Notes under the pieces: generated by a model
What the model was told of the DNA's origin: nothing
Seen by the model: the letters and a program-made list of their open reading frames with translations, nothing else
Databases searched by the model: none
Translations under genes and position numbers: made by a program
Part shown: piece by piece, positions 55,494 through 64,000 of the stretch
Layout of the letters: each line of letters starts with the position of its first letter
How positions within the stretch are numbered: position 1 is the stretch's first letter
From: Bdellovibrionales bacterium
Lineage (GTDB): Bacteria > Bdellovibrionota > Bdellovibrionia > Bdellovibrionales > UBA1609
Assembly: GCA_965197855.1 (NCBI GenBank)
Contig: OZ240230.1
Span: 1,089,266-1,153,265 of the forward strand
Direction: 5' to 3'
DNA length: 64,000 nt

Positions 55494-55568
55494 TTTTGAT
55501 TCTTCTTCTATTTTACAAACGGACTATTTAAACTTGATCTTAAGTAAAATAACATAAGGATAGGATAT

Positions 55569-56741
55569 ATGAGCTTAGAAGTATTCAAAGAATTAAATAG
55601 AGTGTATTTAGATTACAATTCGACGACTCCTATAGCGGGTTTTTTGAACACTGAAATACAAAAATGGCTTCAGTGCTGGGGGAATCCTAGTGCAACCTAT
55701 CAAAAAGCCCGTGAGGCTCGAAGCCTTATTTGGGCGGCACGAGAACAATTAGCAGGGTTTATCCACGTTCGTCCCCTAGAAATCGTTTTTACCAGTGGAG
55801 GGAGTGAATCAAACAATCAGGCTATTAAAGGGCTGGCAGAAAAATTTAAAGATTCATCGAGAAAAAAAATTATTATTTCTTCAGTGGAGCATCCTAGTGT
55901 CACAGGTGTTTGTGAATGGGTCAGAGATTATTATGGTTTTCAATTGGAAGTGATTCCTGTACTAAAGTCAGGACATTTGGATTTGGAAAAATATGAAAAA
56001 GCTTTGGATGATCAAACAGCTTTTGTGTCTATTATGTATGTTAATAATGAAACCGGATGTATATTTCCGATTCAAAAACTGGCTGAGTTGAGTCATAAAG
56101 CAGGAGCTTTATTTCATTCAGATGCGGTTCAAGCTTTAGGAAAAATCCCTTTGGACGTGGAAAGTTTGAATGTTGATTTGCTTAGTTTATCAGGGCATAA
56201 ATTTTATTCTTTGAAAGGATCAGGAGCTTTGTATGTGAGAAGAGGGTTATCTTTGGAAAGTTTGATTCATGGGGGCCCTCAGGAAAGAAAACGAAGAGCT
56301 GGTACAGAAAATATTTTGGCTCTTTGCTCTTTAGGGGCTATGGCCAAAAGGGGTGAAGAGATTTTGAAACAAAACCAAAAAATAGCTCAGTGGCGTGATA
56401 AATTGGAGTCTGTTATTGAAAAATCTTTGAGTGGTGTGAGTTTTATTGGAAAAAATCATCCTCGAGTGGGGACTTGCTCATCTGTTATGATTGAAGGAGT
56501 TTTTGCAGAAACAGTTATGATGAATTTAGATCTTAAGGGGTATTCAGTGAGTGTCAGCTCCGCTTGTCATTCTGGGAGTATTGCCCCTAGTGTGGTTTTA
56601 TTGGGTATGGGGTATTCTCCTGATGAAGCTAAATGTGTTCTTCGGGTCAGTTTTGGTGTAGGAATAGAATGGGAGTCTTTAAAAAAGTTCTCAGATGTTT
56701 TAAAAGAAATTGTAGATAGATTAAGGAATTTAAAGGAATAA
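55569..56741 (+). CDS. Cysteine desulfurase (NifS/IscS family)
   Basis: 390 aa. PLP-Lys region LSLSGHKFY and catalytic Cys region SSACHSG. Directly upstream of mnmA. Confidence 0.85.
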   Translation: MSLEVFKELNRVYLDYNSTTPIAGFLNTEIQKWLQCWGNPSATYQKAREARSLIWAAREQLAGFIHVRPLEIVFTSGGSESNNQAIKGLAEKFKDSSRKKIIISSVEHPSVTGVCEWVRDYYGFQLEVIPVLKSGHLDLEKYEKALDDQTAFVSIMYVNNETGCIFPIQKLAELSHKAGALFHSDAVQALGKIPLDVESLNVDLLSLSGHKFYSLKGSGALYVRRGLSLESLIHGGPQERKRRAGTENILALCSLGAMAKRGEEILKQNQKIAQWRDKLESVIEKSLSGVSFIGKNHPRVGTCSSVMIEGVFAETVMMNLDLKGYSVSVSSACHSGSIAPSVVLLGMGYSPDEAKCVLRVSFGVGIEWESLKKFSDVLKEIVDRLRNLKE

Positions 56742-56745
56742 AATT

Positions 56746-57816
56746 ATGAAGCGTGTACTTGTTGCAATGAGTGGAGGGGTGGATAGTTCTGTTGCTGCGG
56801 CTTTACTTTTAGATCAGGGGTATGAAGTGATTGGTGTGACCATGCAGGTGTGGGACTATTCTGATAAAGATTGTGAAGAAGGCTTTGGAACCTGTTGTTC
56901 GAGTGTTGATGTAGAAGATGCCAGAAGAGTTGCTCAGATATTGAATATTCCATTTTATGTGATTAATTGTGAGTCAGAATTTAAGGAAAAAGTCATTGAT
57001 CCTTTTATGGATTCTTATCAAAAAGGGGAGACCCCTATTCCTTGTTTAAATTGTAATACACATCTTAAATTTCATTATTTAGTTCAAAAAATGAAAGAGT
57101 TGGAATGTGATTTTCTGGCGACGGGACACTATGCAAAAGTGGAAAATCAAGAGGGGAAATGGAAAATTTATCAAAGTGAGGATAGCTGGAAAGATCAAAC
57201 TTATTTTCTTTTTACCACTCCTTTACGCTTATTGCCGCAATTGCTTTTTCCTGTGGGGGGCATGGATAAGTCGGTCATTAGACGTATTGCAAAAGAAAAA
57301 AAACTTCCTGTCTTTGATAAGAAAGATTCAACAGGGCTTTGCTTTATTGGTAAAAGTGGCTATGTTAAATTTATAGATCGTCATCAGGAAGAAGAAGTTA
57401 AAGGAGAGTTAAAATTATACCCATCTGGAGAAACCTTAGGTGTTCACAGCGGTATTCATCAATTTACATATGGTCAAAGAAAAAGATTGGGCGTGTCTTA
57501 TAAGCATCCCCTTTATGTTATTAAAATAGATTCTGCTAATAAATCTGTGTGGTTGGGTGAAGAACATTTCTTATATAAAAATCAGGCAGAAGTTGAAAAC
57601 TTACACTGGCTGGATACTGTTTTACCTGGAGAAAGGTTAAAAGTTAAAATTCGCTTTGGCCATCAAGCTCAATGGGCTCGTGTTTATCCTAAAAGTTCTC
57701 GGTGTTTTATTGAATTTGAAGAGCCGCAAAGGGCTGTAACACCAGGGCAGTCTGCAGTCATTTATAGAACGAAACAACTGATTGGAGGAGGAATTATTTG
57801 TGGGTTACACGATTAA
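56746..57816 (+). CDS. mnmA: tRNA 2-thiouridine(34) synthase MnmA
   Basis: PP-loop VAMSGGVDSSVAA, and ATGHYA and DQTYFL are present. Confidence 0.9.
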   Translation: MKRVLVAMSGGVDSSVAAALLLDQGYEVIGVTMQVWDYSDKDCEEGFGTCCSSVDVEDARRVAQILNIPFYVINCESEFKEKVIDPFMDSYQKGETPIPCLNCNTHLKFHYLVQKMKELECDFLATGHYAKVENQEGKWKIYQSEDSWKDQTYFLFTTPLRLLPQLLFPVGGMDKSVIRRIAKEKKLPVFDKKDSTGLCFIGKSGYVKFIDRHQEEEVKGELKLYPSGETLGVHSGIHQFTYGQRKRLGVSYKHPLYVIKIDSANKSVWLGEEHFLYKNQAEVENLHWLDTVLPGERLKVKIRFGHQAQWARVYPKSSRCFIEFEEPQRAVTPGQSAVIYRTKQLIGGGIICGLHD

Positions 57817-59062
57817 AACTTTTGGATGTAAAGTAAATACATATGATACTTCTCTTTTGCAAAAAGGTTTATCTCCCATAAAAAGCTCTTTGCGATATCA
57901 TATTATTAACACATGTGCAGTGACTGAAAATGCTATACTAGATTCCCTTAGATGGATTCGAAGCTATAGGAGAAAGAATCCACAGGATGTTATTGTTGTG
58001 ACAGGCTGTGGGAGTCAGGTGGAATTGGATCGCTATAGTCAAAGTCCGGACGTTCATTTAATTATAGGTAATTCTCATAAACATCAGCTCCCGGATATTT
58101 TAAAACAATATGAAGACGGTTCTTTGAAAGAACGTATTTTTCATTCCAACATTTTTAAAAATGCCCCATTAGGCGAGGGAGGTCAGGTTGAAAAGGATCA
58201 TACTAGGTTTTTCCTGAAGATTCAGGATGGATGTTCACAATTTTGCACTTTTTGTATTATCCCATTTGCACGCGGTAAGAGTCGTAGTTTAAGTATTTCC
58301 CATTTGGTGGATCAAATTAATGATAAGCATTCTCAGGGCGTTTCTGAGGTGGTTCTAACAGGGGTGCATATTGGGGATTATCAGGATCAACAAAGGAATT
58401 TATATGATTTAGTTTCTGAAATTTTAAAAAAAACAAAAATACCTCGTATTCGCTTAAGTAGTTTGGAGCCTATTGAATTGAGTGATTTACTGCTATCTCT
58501 CTATCAAGATGAGAGGGTGTGCCGACATTTTCATTTAAGTATTCAAAGTGGCTCTACAAAAATTCTTAGAAATATGAAAAGAAATTACACTCGTACAGAT
58601 GTTCAAAAATGTTTAGATAAGATTTATAAAAACACACCGAATGCTTTTGTGGGTATGGATCTTATTGCGGGGTTTCCAGGTGAAACTCAAAAAGACTTTG
58701 AGGATACCTATGAATTATTTAAGGACAATTATTGGACTCAGATGCATGTCTTTCCTTATAGTGCCAGACCTAAAACTTATGCTCTCCGAATGGATCATCA
58801 TTGTTCACATAGTGATAAGACAAAAAGAGCATTACTCCTTAGAAATTTAAGTCATCAAAGATTTCATGAGCAAGCTCAATTACAAATTGGAAAAATTAAA
58901 AAAATCCTTCCTTTACACAAAGGAGGTATCAGTCGTGATTATTGGAATGTGTATTTTGAGGAAGAACAACCTGTTTCGAATCACGAAGTATTTGTCAAAC
59001 TTCTCTCGTGGAATTCACATAAGAACCAATTTCAAGGAATAATGAGTGATGCGTTGGCTTAG
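57800..59062 (+). CDS. mtaB: Radical-SAM methylthiotransferase, MtaB-like (MiaB/RimO family)
   Basis: GGAGGAGG (57785..57792) lies 7 nt before GTG 57800. TFGCKVNTYDT (UPF0004 Cys), a radical-SAM CSQFCTFC motif and a size of about 420 aa fit MtaB. Overlaps the mnmA 3' end. Confidence 0.7.
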   Translation: MGYTIKTFGCKVNTYDTSLLQKGLSPIKSSLRYHIINTCAVTENAILDSLRWIRSYRRKNPQDVIVVTGCGSQVELDRYSQSPDVHLIIGNSHKHQLPDILKQYEDGSLKERIFHSNIFKNAPLGEGGQVEKDHTRFFLKIQDGCSQFCTFCIIPFARGKSRSLSISHLVDQINDKHSQGVSEVVLTGVHIGDYQDQQRNLYDLVSEILKKTKIPRIRLSSLEPIELSDLLLSLYQDERVCRHFHLSIQSGSTKILRNMKRNYTRTDVQKCLDKIYKNTPNAFVGMDLIAGFPGETQKDFEDTYELFKDNYWTQMHVFPYSARPKTYALRMDHHCSHSDKTKRALLLRNLSHQRFHEQAQLQIGKIKKILPLHKGGISRDYWNVYFEEEQPVSNHEVFVKLLSWNSHKNQFQGIMSDALA

Positions 59063-59774
59063 AAAATTTGGTTTTTTTTCTATTCCTACAAAGTTAGAAA
59101 AAAAAATTAAATATAAATTTAAGAATTCTTTATTACTTGATCAGGCTTTAAGTCATAAAAGTTATACACATTTATCTGAGCACATTGAAAATAATGAAAG
59201 GTTGGAATATTTAGGGGATGCTGTTCTTAATTTAGTTCTTGGAGACTTGTTGATGAGTACACACCAGGAAGCGGATGAAGGTCAACTTTCAAAAATGAGA
59301 TCTTCATTGGTGAGTACTAAGGGGCTTTATAAAAAGGCTCAGGAATTAGGTTTTGGTCAGGAACTTAAGCTTTCTCGCGCCGAGAAGATGAATCGTGGAG
59401 CTTCTAATCCTCGTTTATTGGCTTCAGCATTTGAAGCCATTGTAGGGGCCATTTATTTGGATGGAGGATATGATGCTGTTAAAAAAATTGTATTTACAAT
59501 ATTTCAAAAAAATTTATTAAAAGATTGGGTGGATGAAGACTATAAAACTATTTTACAAGGCCGAAGTCAGAAAATATTGCAGAAAATACCTCACTATCAA
59601 TTAGTTGGAGAACAAGGCCCTGCACATAGAAAAACTTTTTTTGTACAAGTCATCTTAAACAGTAAAGTGTATGGCCAAGGTCAGGGATCCACTAAAAAAG
59701 AAGCGGAACAGGAAGCCGCCAGAAAAACTTTGGATTTTGAAGACTTTGAAGATTTAGAAGACTCTGGTGAATAA
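59049..59774 (+). CDS. rnc: Ribonuclease III
   Basis: Signature NERLEYLGDAVL, and a dsRBD at the C-terminus (GPAHRKTFFVQV...GSTKKEAEQEAA). Confidence 0.9.
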   Translation: MRWLRKFGFFSIPTKLEKKIKYKFKNSLLLDQALSHKSYTHLSEHIENNERLEYLGDAVLNLVLGDLLMSTHQEADEGQLSKMRSSLVSTKGLYKKAQELGFGQELKLSRAEKMNRGASNPRLLASAFEAIVGAIYLDGGYDAVKKIVFTIFQKNLLKDWVDEDYKTILQGRSQKILQKIPHYQLVGEQGPAHRKTFFVQVILNSKVYGQGQGSTKKEAEQEAARKTLDFEDFEDLEDSGE

Positions 59775-59775
59775 A

Positions 59776-61065
59776 ATGACAAAAGTTTTGATTGTAGGGC
59801 GTCCTAATGTAGGAAAATCTTCTTTATTCAATCGTTTGGTTAAGCAAAGGAGGGCTTTGGTTTTAGATCAACCTGGAGTGACTCGTGATATTATTAAAGG
59901 TTTAGCTCATTGGTGGGGGCATTCCTTTGAAGTGTGGGACTCCGGTGGATTGATGTGGGGTACTTCTTCAATTATCTTTTCTGCTGTTCAAGATCAAGTT
60001 CAAGGGGCCTGTGAGGAGGCTGATTTAATTATTTTTGTTATGGATGCACACCTGGGGCTTCATGATGAAGATAAAAAAATTTTTAAGTGGATTAAAGATA
60101 AAAAACATTTGTTGGTAGTGAATAAAGTAGATCATCCTCACTCCTTTGAAAGTCAGTTAAGTGAGTTTTATGTTTTAGGGTCTAATTTTATTCAAACTTC
60201 TTTTGAAAAAGATGACAATATTGCATTAATTGTGGACTGGATTATCGAAAACTCCAAAAAAATTTCTTCACCTAAAAAAGAAGATAAAACTTCTATATTA
60301 ATTACAGGTCAGAGCAATGTGGGTAAAAGCTCTCTTTGCAACTTGATTTTAAGGAAGAATCGTATGGTGATCTCATCTGAGATGCACACAACGGTGGATG
60401 TAGTGGATGAGATCTTTCAATATAATAAGAAAAAGTATGAGATTTTAGACACTGCTGGTATTCGTAAAAAAAGCAAGAGACTTGAAGATTTGGAAAAAAT
60501 TTCATCCGCAAAAAGTCTTAGCTATTTTGAAAAAGCCAATATTATTCTTTTAGTTATTGATGGGCAGAAGAACTTTTCTCGACAGGATGCTCGTTTATTT
60601 TCTTATTGTATGGAAAAGCACAAAACAACTATTTTGGTTATTAATAAGTGGGATATCTCTCAAATTTCAAAAATAGAGATGAAAAAAAGAGTTCAACAAG
60701 AGTTGAGATATTTCCCTGATATTCCATGTGTGTTTATAAGTGCTAAAACAGGTGTGGGTTTAGGTGGGCTAATGAAGACCATTTCTGAATGTATAAAAAA
60801 GAATTGTTTTCATGTTTCTACCTCAGAGCTGAATAAGTTCTTTGCAGAAATTATTCAGCAGGCGCCGGCACCTGTTTATGGGACTAGGAATGTTAAATTT
60901 TATTATTTAACACAAACAAAAAAGACACCTCCCAGTTTTATTATTTTTACTAATGAACCAAGAGGTGTAAATGCTTCGTATCAGAAATTTCTAGTAAAGA
61001 AAATTCAAGAAAAATACTCTCTTAAAGGTATTCCTATTTGGACGACTTTTCGCAAGAAGTCTTAG
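59776..61065 (+). CDS. der: Ribosome-associated GTPase Der (EngA)
   Basis: Two G domains, GRPNVGKSSLFN/DSGG/NKVD and GQSNVGKSSLCN/DTAG/NKWD, plus a KH-like C-terminus. The ATG at 59776 is preferred over GTG 59767. Confidence 0.9.
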   Translation: MTKVLIVGRPNVGKSSLFNRLVKQRRALVLDQPGVTRDIIKGLAHWWGHSFEVWDSGGLMWGTSSIIFSAVQDQVQGACEEADLIIFVMDAHLGLHDEDKKIFKWIKDKKHLLVVNKVDHPHSFESQLSEFYVLGSNFIQTSFEKDDNIALIVDWIIENSKKISSPKKEDKTSILITGQSNVGKSSLCNLILRKNRMVISSEMHTTVDVVDEIFQYNKKKYEILDTAGIRKKSKRLEDLEKISSAKSLSYFEKANIILLVIDGQKNFSRQDARLFSYCMEKHKTTILVINKWDISQISKIEMKKRVQQELRYFPDIPCVFISAKTGVGLGGLMKTISECIKKNCFHVSTSELNKFFAEIIQQAPAPVYGTRNVKFYYLTQTKKTPPSFIIFTNEPRGVNASYQKFLVKKIQEKYSLKGIPIWTTFRKKS

Positions 61066-61613
61066 TGGAAATAATAAGCGTAAGCCCCAAGTATCTTAAA
61101 TCCTTGAACAAGGTTTTCCCCTGGGCTACCCCATTCCCAAACTTGTAAAGGATATTCTAATTCTATATTGATAGAAGTACGACTGCTAATAAAGTGCTTG
61201 GAACTAAGAAAAGGGTTCACATAAAACTCATTATCTCTTCTCTTAGTATAGATTAATTTGAACCCTCCAGATGGAATCCAATTATTTCTTCTTTTATTTT
61301 CTATAAAGTTTCCTTCAAGAATAATTCCTATTTGTAAACCTAGGTCTTTGAACTCTTCTCCAGATTCGCCTGTAATAAAATGCCATATATTTATATCCGG
61401 ATTTAAGCCTAATAAACCTCCTACTTCAAAGTAACCAAAATTTCTGGCATAGCTCACGTATACACTGCCGCTCATGTCGAATTCATTACTGAACATAAGG
61501 TTACCTGCAGTAATTTGCACTTTATTATGTCTTTTTTTGTAAAGTCTTTTTTGCATAGTTTCAGCTTGTACACTAAAGACAAACAAGGCGAGTAAGATAT
61601 AAATAAATTTCAT
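61062..61613 (-). CDS. Small outer-membrane beta-barrel protein (paralogue of 61759..62673)
   Basis: 183 aa with signal peptide MKFIYILLALFVFSVQA. Shares NF(I/M).N....N.IPS.G.K..Y.(K)R and WEWG with its neighbour. Ends ...GAYAYYFH. Confidence 0.5.
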   Translation of the reverse strand: MKFIYILLALFVFSVQAETMQKRLYKKRHNKVQITAGNLMFSNEFDMSGSVYVSYARNFGYFEVGGLLGLNPDINIWHFITGESGEEFKDLGLQIGIILEGNFIENKRRNNWIPSGGFKLIYTKRRDNEFYVNPFLSSKHFISSRTSINIELEYPLQVWEWGSPGENLVQGFKILGAYAYYFH

Positions 61614-61692
61614 TTTTAATTCTCCTTTTAAATCTCCTACTTAGGAGGATTATCCATAAGAATAATTAAGGAATCAAATCAAATATCAACAT

Positions 61693-61720
61693 CAAGGATA
61701 TTTGGATACAAATATCCTTG
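61693..61720 (-). terminator. Putative intrinsic terminator hairpin downstream of 61759..62673
   Basis: A perfect 11-bp stem, CAAGGATATTT-GGATAC-AAATATCCTTG, lies 39 nt past the stop. On the minus strand it is followed by a moderately T-rich tract. Confidence 0.4.
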
Positions 61721-61758
61721 AACTGTTCAAAAAGTAATCAACTTATAAAGGTTTTGGT

Positions 61759-62673
61759 TTAATAAAAATAAAACCTAAGTCCTGCAGGCACTTCTACACC
61801 CCACTCCCAGTTTTGGCCTTCTAATTTGTATTGAAAGTAAGGAGCTAAAGAGGCAAAAAAAGCTGTTTGGGGATTCAGAAAAAATTTCATTGTCACATAT
61901 GGCTGTCCAACAAGGTAATTCATATTTTGTTTCCTCTTATAACCTGCTTTTAGCCCTATTGAAGGTATATTTTTTGCATTATTTGCATTGGCCATAAAAT
62001 TGACTTCAAAAAAGGCACCAATGTCTAACATAAACTTGTCTTGAAATCGATCTGAATCAACATCAAAATCATGTACCTCCATAGAGGCATAAGGCCCCAC
62101 TTCAAAGTATTTTCTGGAATAACCGTAGTCTACTAAAGCATTTATATTAATCTCTTTTTGATCCCCTTGAACATGGTAATCAAAAAGTTTTCCACCAATA
62201 GAAAATCGATGCTTACGATTTTTTGAAGCTGTCATGTCAGAGAAACCTTTACTTGGGAGGTCTCCTTCTTGATAGGTGGATGAAGATTGAGGATGCAAAG
62301 GATTGTAGTAAGGAATAGGCTCTTCAGGAGGAGCTTCCATAGGTTGTGGAGGCACTGCGACAGTTTGTGGGTTATTTATAAGTTTTGTTGCGGAACTTTT
62401 AGATTCTTTAGCTGTATCTTTATTGTTTTCGGCAGGTGTTTGTTCTTTAGCAGAGTCAGATTTTTGATCTTTTTGAGGTGACTCTTGAGTAGCTTCTGGA
62501 TCTTGTTTTGGCTTTTTTTCTTGCATTTCTTGAGAAGTGTCGGGAGCTGTACTTTTGGGAGGAGTTTGAACCTCTCCCTGGGTGTTATCTTGTTGGGTAG
62601 AGTTATCAGCATTGCTGTTTGGCTCTTGAGCATATAAAAAACTAGAAAAAAACAATAAAACAAAAATTTTCAT
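61759..62673 (-). CDS. Outer-membrane beta-barrel protein with a long low-complexity N-terminal region
   Basis: 304 aa. Signal peptide, then about 120 aa rich in Q/P/K/E/T/S, then a barrel homologous to 61062..61613. Ends ...GLRFYFY. Confidence 0.5.
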   Translation of the reverse strand: MKIFVLLFFSSFLYAQEPNSNADNSTQQDNTQGEVQTPPKSTAPDTSQEMQEKKPKQDPEATQESPQKDQKSDSAKEQTPAENNKDTAKESKSSATKLINNPQTVAVPPQPMEAPPEEPIPYYNPLHPQSSSTYQEGDLPSKGFSDMTASKNRKHRFSIGGKLFDYHVQGDQKEININALVDYGYSRKYFEVGPYASMEVHDFDVDSDRFQDKFMLDIGAFFEVNFMANANNAKNIPSIGLKAGYKRKQNMNYLVGQPYVTMKFFLNPQTAFFASLAPYFQYKLEGQNWEWGVEVPAGLRFYFY

Positions 62674-62739
62674 AGAATACTCCTTTCAAAAAATATCCCT
62701 AAGACTAACATTAATGCAAAGCTCAAGGCTATAAAAAGA

Positions 62740-63492
62740 TTAAAAATTACGTCCCAATACAAACATGGCATTTAGCATATTTTCGGGAGGGCAGATATAT
62801 TGATTTGAGGAGCTGACGCAGTCTTCTTGTGGTTTTATAAAAATAAAATTATACTCTGCATGCAAACCCAGGTAAAAACGGGTGGACATGTGAAATTCCA
62901 AGCCTAACCCTCCTTTTAATCCTCCAGTATGGCTGGAGTAAGAAACAGTGTTATTTGCTACCAGTTTTTGAGAGGTGCGTCTGGCCAACAAAAATCCTCC
63001 TGCAACATAAGGGTTTAAACGAGCTAAAGTTCGAACCAATTGGCTTCTATTCCAATAGTAGCGAAATTCTAGTCCCAAATCATGATAAAGAGTTCTAAGT
63101 TGGGGAGTGGTATTTTGGTGTTTGTAATAAAAAATATTAGCACTGCCAGTATAAGAAAACTGTGTAGCAATGTGTAAATTTGCAAAACTTTTAATAAAGA
63201 AACCATAGTTTATGGAATTGGTGGTATTTCTTGTGTCTTCAGGGATAAATATGAAGTGTCTGTAGCCTACATAACCTCCTACGGATAAAAACCGTCCTGT
63301 TTGAAAAAAAGTCATATCCTCTTCTTCACTTTCAGTATCTTGAAAATCAATGTAGTCTGTGAATGGATCATAAGCATTGAGTTCGTCTACTTCTTCTACT
63401 GCTTCATCATTTTCATTTTGGCTAATCAGAATGGGGTCAGCAAAAAGTAGAAATGGGTGGAAAATTAATAGTAGAAAAATCTTTTTAGGCAT
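62740..63492 (-). CDS. Outer-membrane beta-barrel protein (OmpA-like barrel type)
   Basis: 250 aa. Signal peptide MPKKIFLLLIFHPFLLFA, an acidic N-terminal stretch and alternating strands. Ends ...FVLGRNF. Confidence 0.45.
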   Translation of the reverse strand: MPKKIFLLLIFHPFLLFADPILISQNENDEAVEEVDELNAYDPFTDYIDFQDTESEEEDMTFFQTGRFLSVGGYVGYRHFIFIPEDTRNTTNSINYGFFIKSFANLHIATQFSYTGSANIFYYKHQNTTPQLRTLYHDLGLEFRYYWNRSQLVRTLARLNPYVAGGFLLARRTSQKLVANNTVSYSSHTGGLKGGLGLEFHMSTRFYLGLHAEYNFIFIKPQEDCVSSSNQYICPPENMLNAMFVLGRNF

Positions 63493-63550
63493 TTCATCCT
63501 CCGAGTAATTAGATTATAACTTGAAATTGTGACAATGTGTGGAGTTTTAA

Positions 63551-64000
63551 ATGGATTACCGTAAATCAGGTGTGGACATACGTCGGGCTGAAGAACTTGT
63601 GGATTGGATGAAGGAGTTCAAATCTACCCATCACCAGGAGAGAGTGATTTCCGGCGTGGGCGGCTATGCCTCTATTTTTCAGATGTTTTCCGATATGAAA
63701 GAACCTTGTTTGGTGAGTTGTACAGATGGAGTTGGAACAAAATTACAGCTTGCTTTGAAATATCAGGCTCTTAGAGGTTTGGGGCAGGATTTAGTTGCTA
63801 TGTGTGTAAATGACTTGATTTGTACAGGAGCCAAACCTTTGTTTTTTTTGGATTATTATGCCTGTGGCCAATTAAATAAAAAAAACTTTAAGGAATTTTT
63901 AATGGGGATTCAGACAGCCTGTCACGAAAGTGAATGTGCTTTGGTGGGAGGGGAGACTGCTGAGATGCCGGGTGTCTATCAAAAAAATGATTTTGATTGT
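63551..64000 (+). CDS. purM: Phosphoribosylformylglycinamidine cyclo-ligase PurM, N-terminal part (runs off the window)
   Basis: Absent from the ORF track because it has no stop in the window. ATG 63551 translates MDYRKSGVDIRRAEELVDWMK...GGYASIF...SCTDGVGTKL...DLVAMCVNDLICTGAKPLFFLDY...GGETAEMPGVY, matching classic PurM motifs. Confidence 0.9.
   Translation, partial: MDYRKSGVDIRRAEELVDWMKEFKSTHHQERVISGVGGYASIFQMFSDMKEPCLVSCTDGVGTKLQLALKYQALRGLGQDLVAMCVNDLICTGAKPLFFLDYYACGQLNKKNFKEFLMGIQTACHESECALVGGETAEMPGVYQKNDFDC

Overview
This is a 64-kb chromosomal window from a low-GC diderm bacterium that uses the standard code, with TGA as a stop. The gene content and a GQGLIEY-type Flp pilin suggest a Bdellovibrionota/Oligoflexia-like organism. 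That guess is low confidence because no database search was possible. All functional calls rest on reading translated motifs by eye.

Core content, left to right:
- purL (partial), purQ and purS, divergent from purB.
- An alkaline phosphatase and a LolC/E-like permease.
- tRNA-Leu(UAG), gcvH-gcvT and folD.
- sohB, greA, mgtE and an nrnA-like DHH phosphoesterase.
- A contiguous seven-gene pstS-pstC-pstA-pstB-phoU-phoB-phoR operon, then pdxJ.
- A LysM lytic transglycosylase.
- A GldA/F/G-like ABC-2 transporter plus a DUF4340-like gene, followed by lolD-bamA-skp and ribF.
- pilB-pilT-pilC plus a PilS-like and a PilR-like gene.
- An iscS-like gene, then mnmA-mtaB-rnc-der.
- Three small outer-membrane barrel genes and purM (partial).

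Unusual content worth follow-up:
1. A self-contained five-gene Lol-like export cassette (OM barrel, ABC ATPase, two FtsX/MacB-type permeases, LolA_like protein; 6016..11096). It is bracketed by about 30-nt direct repeats, one of which is an exact 18-nt duplicate of the neighbouring tRNA-Leu 3' end.
2. An orphan Flp cluster (15583..18471) with three G/XXXXE[YF] prepilin-type proteins but no ATPase, platform, secretin or prepilin peptidase. One of the three is a 59-codon ORF absent from the ORF track.
3. A 590-aa protein next to the pil operon that combines a GspE/PilB-N-terminal-like domain, five P-x-P-I-x-L-x-T-E repeats and a GAF-like C-terminus.
4. A multiply disrupted outer-membrane lipoprotein pseudogene (14265..15090).
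5. A two-hairpin GATGAC repeat family at six or more intergenic loci, with compensatory stem substitutions between copies.
6. A C-terminal relic of an rve/IS481-like transposase (21692..21886).
7. A second intergenic repeat family (23.2 kb and 27.5 kb).

No CRISPR array, rRNA or intact mobile element was seen.
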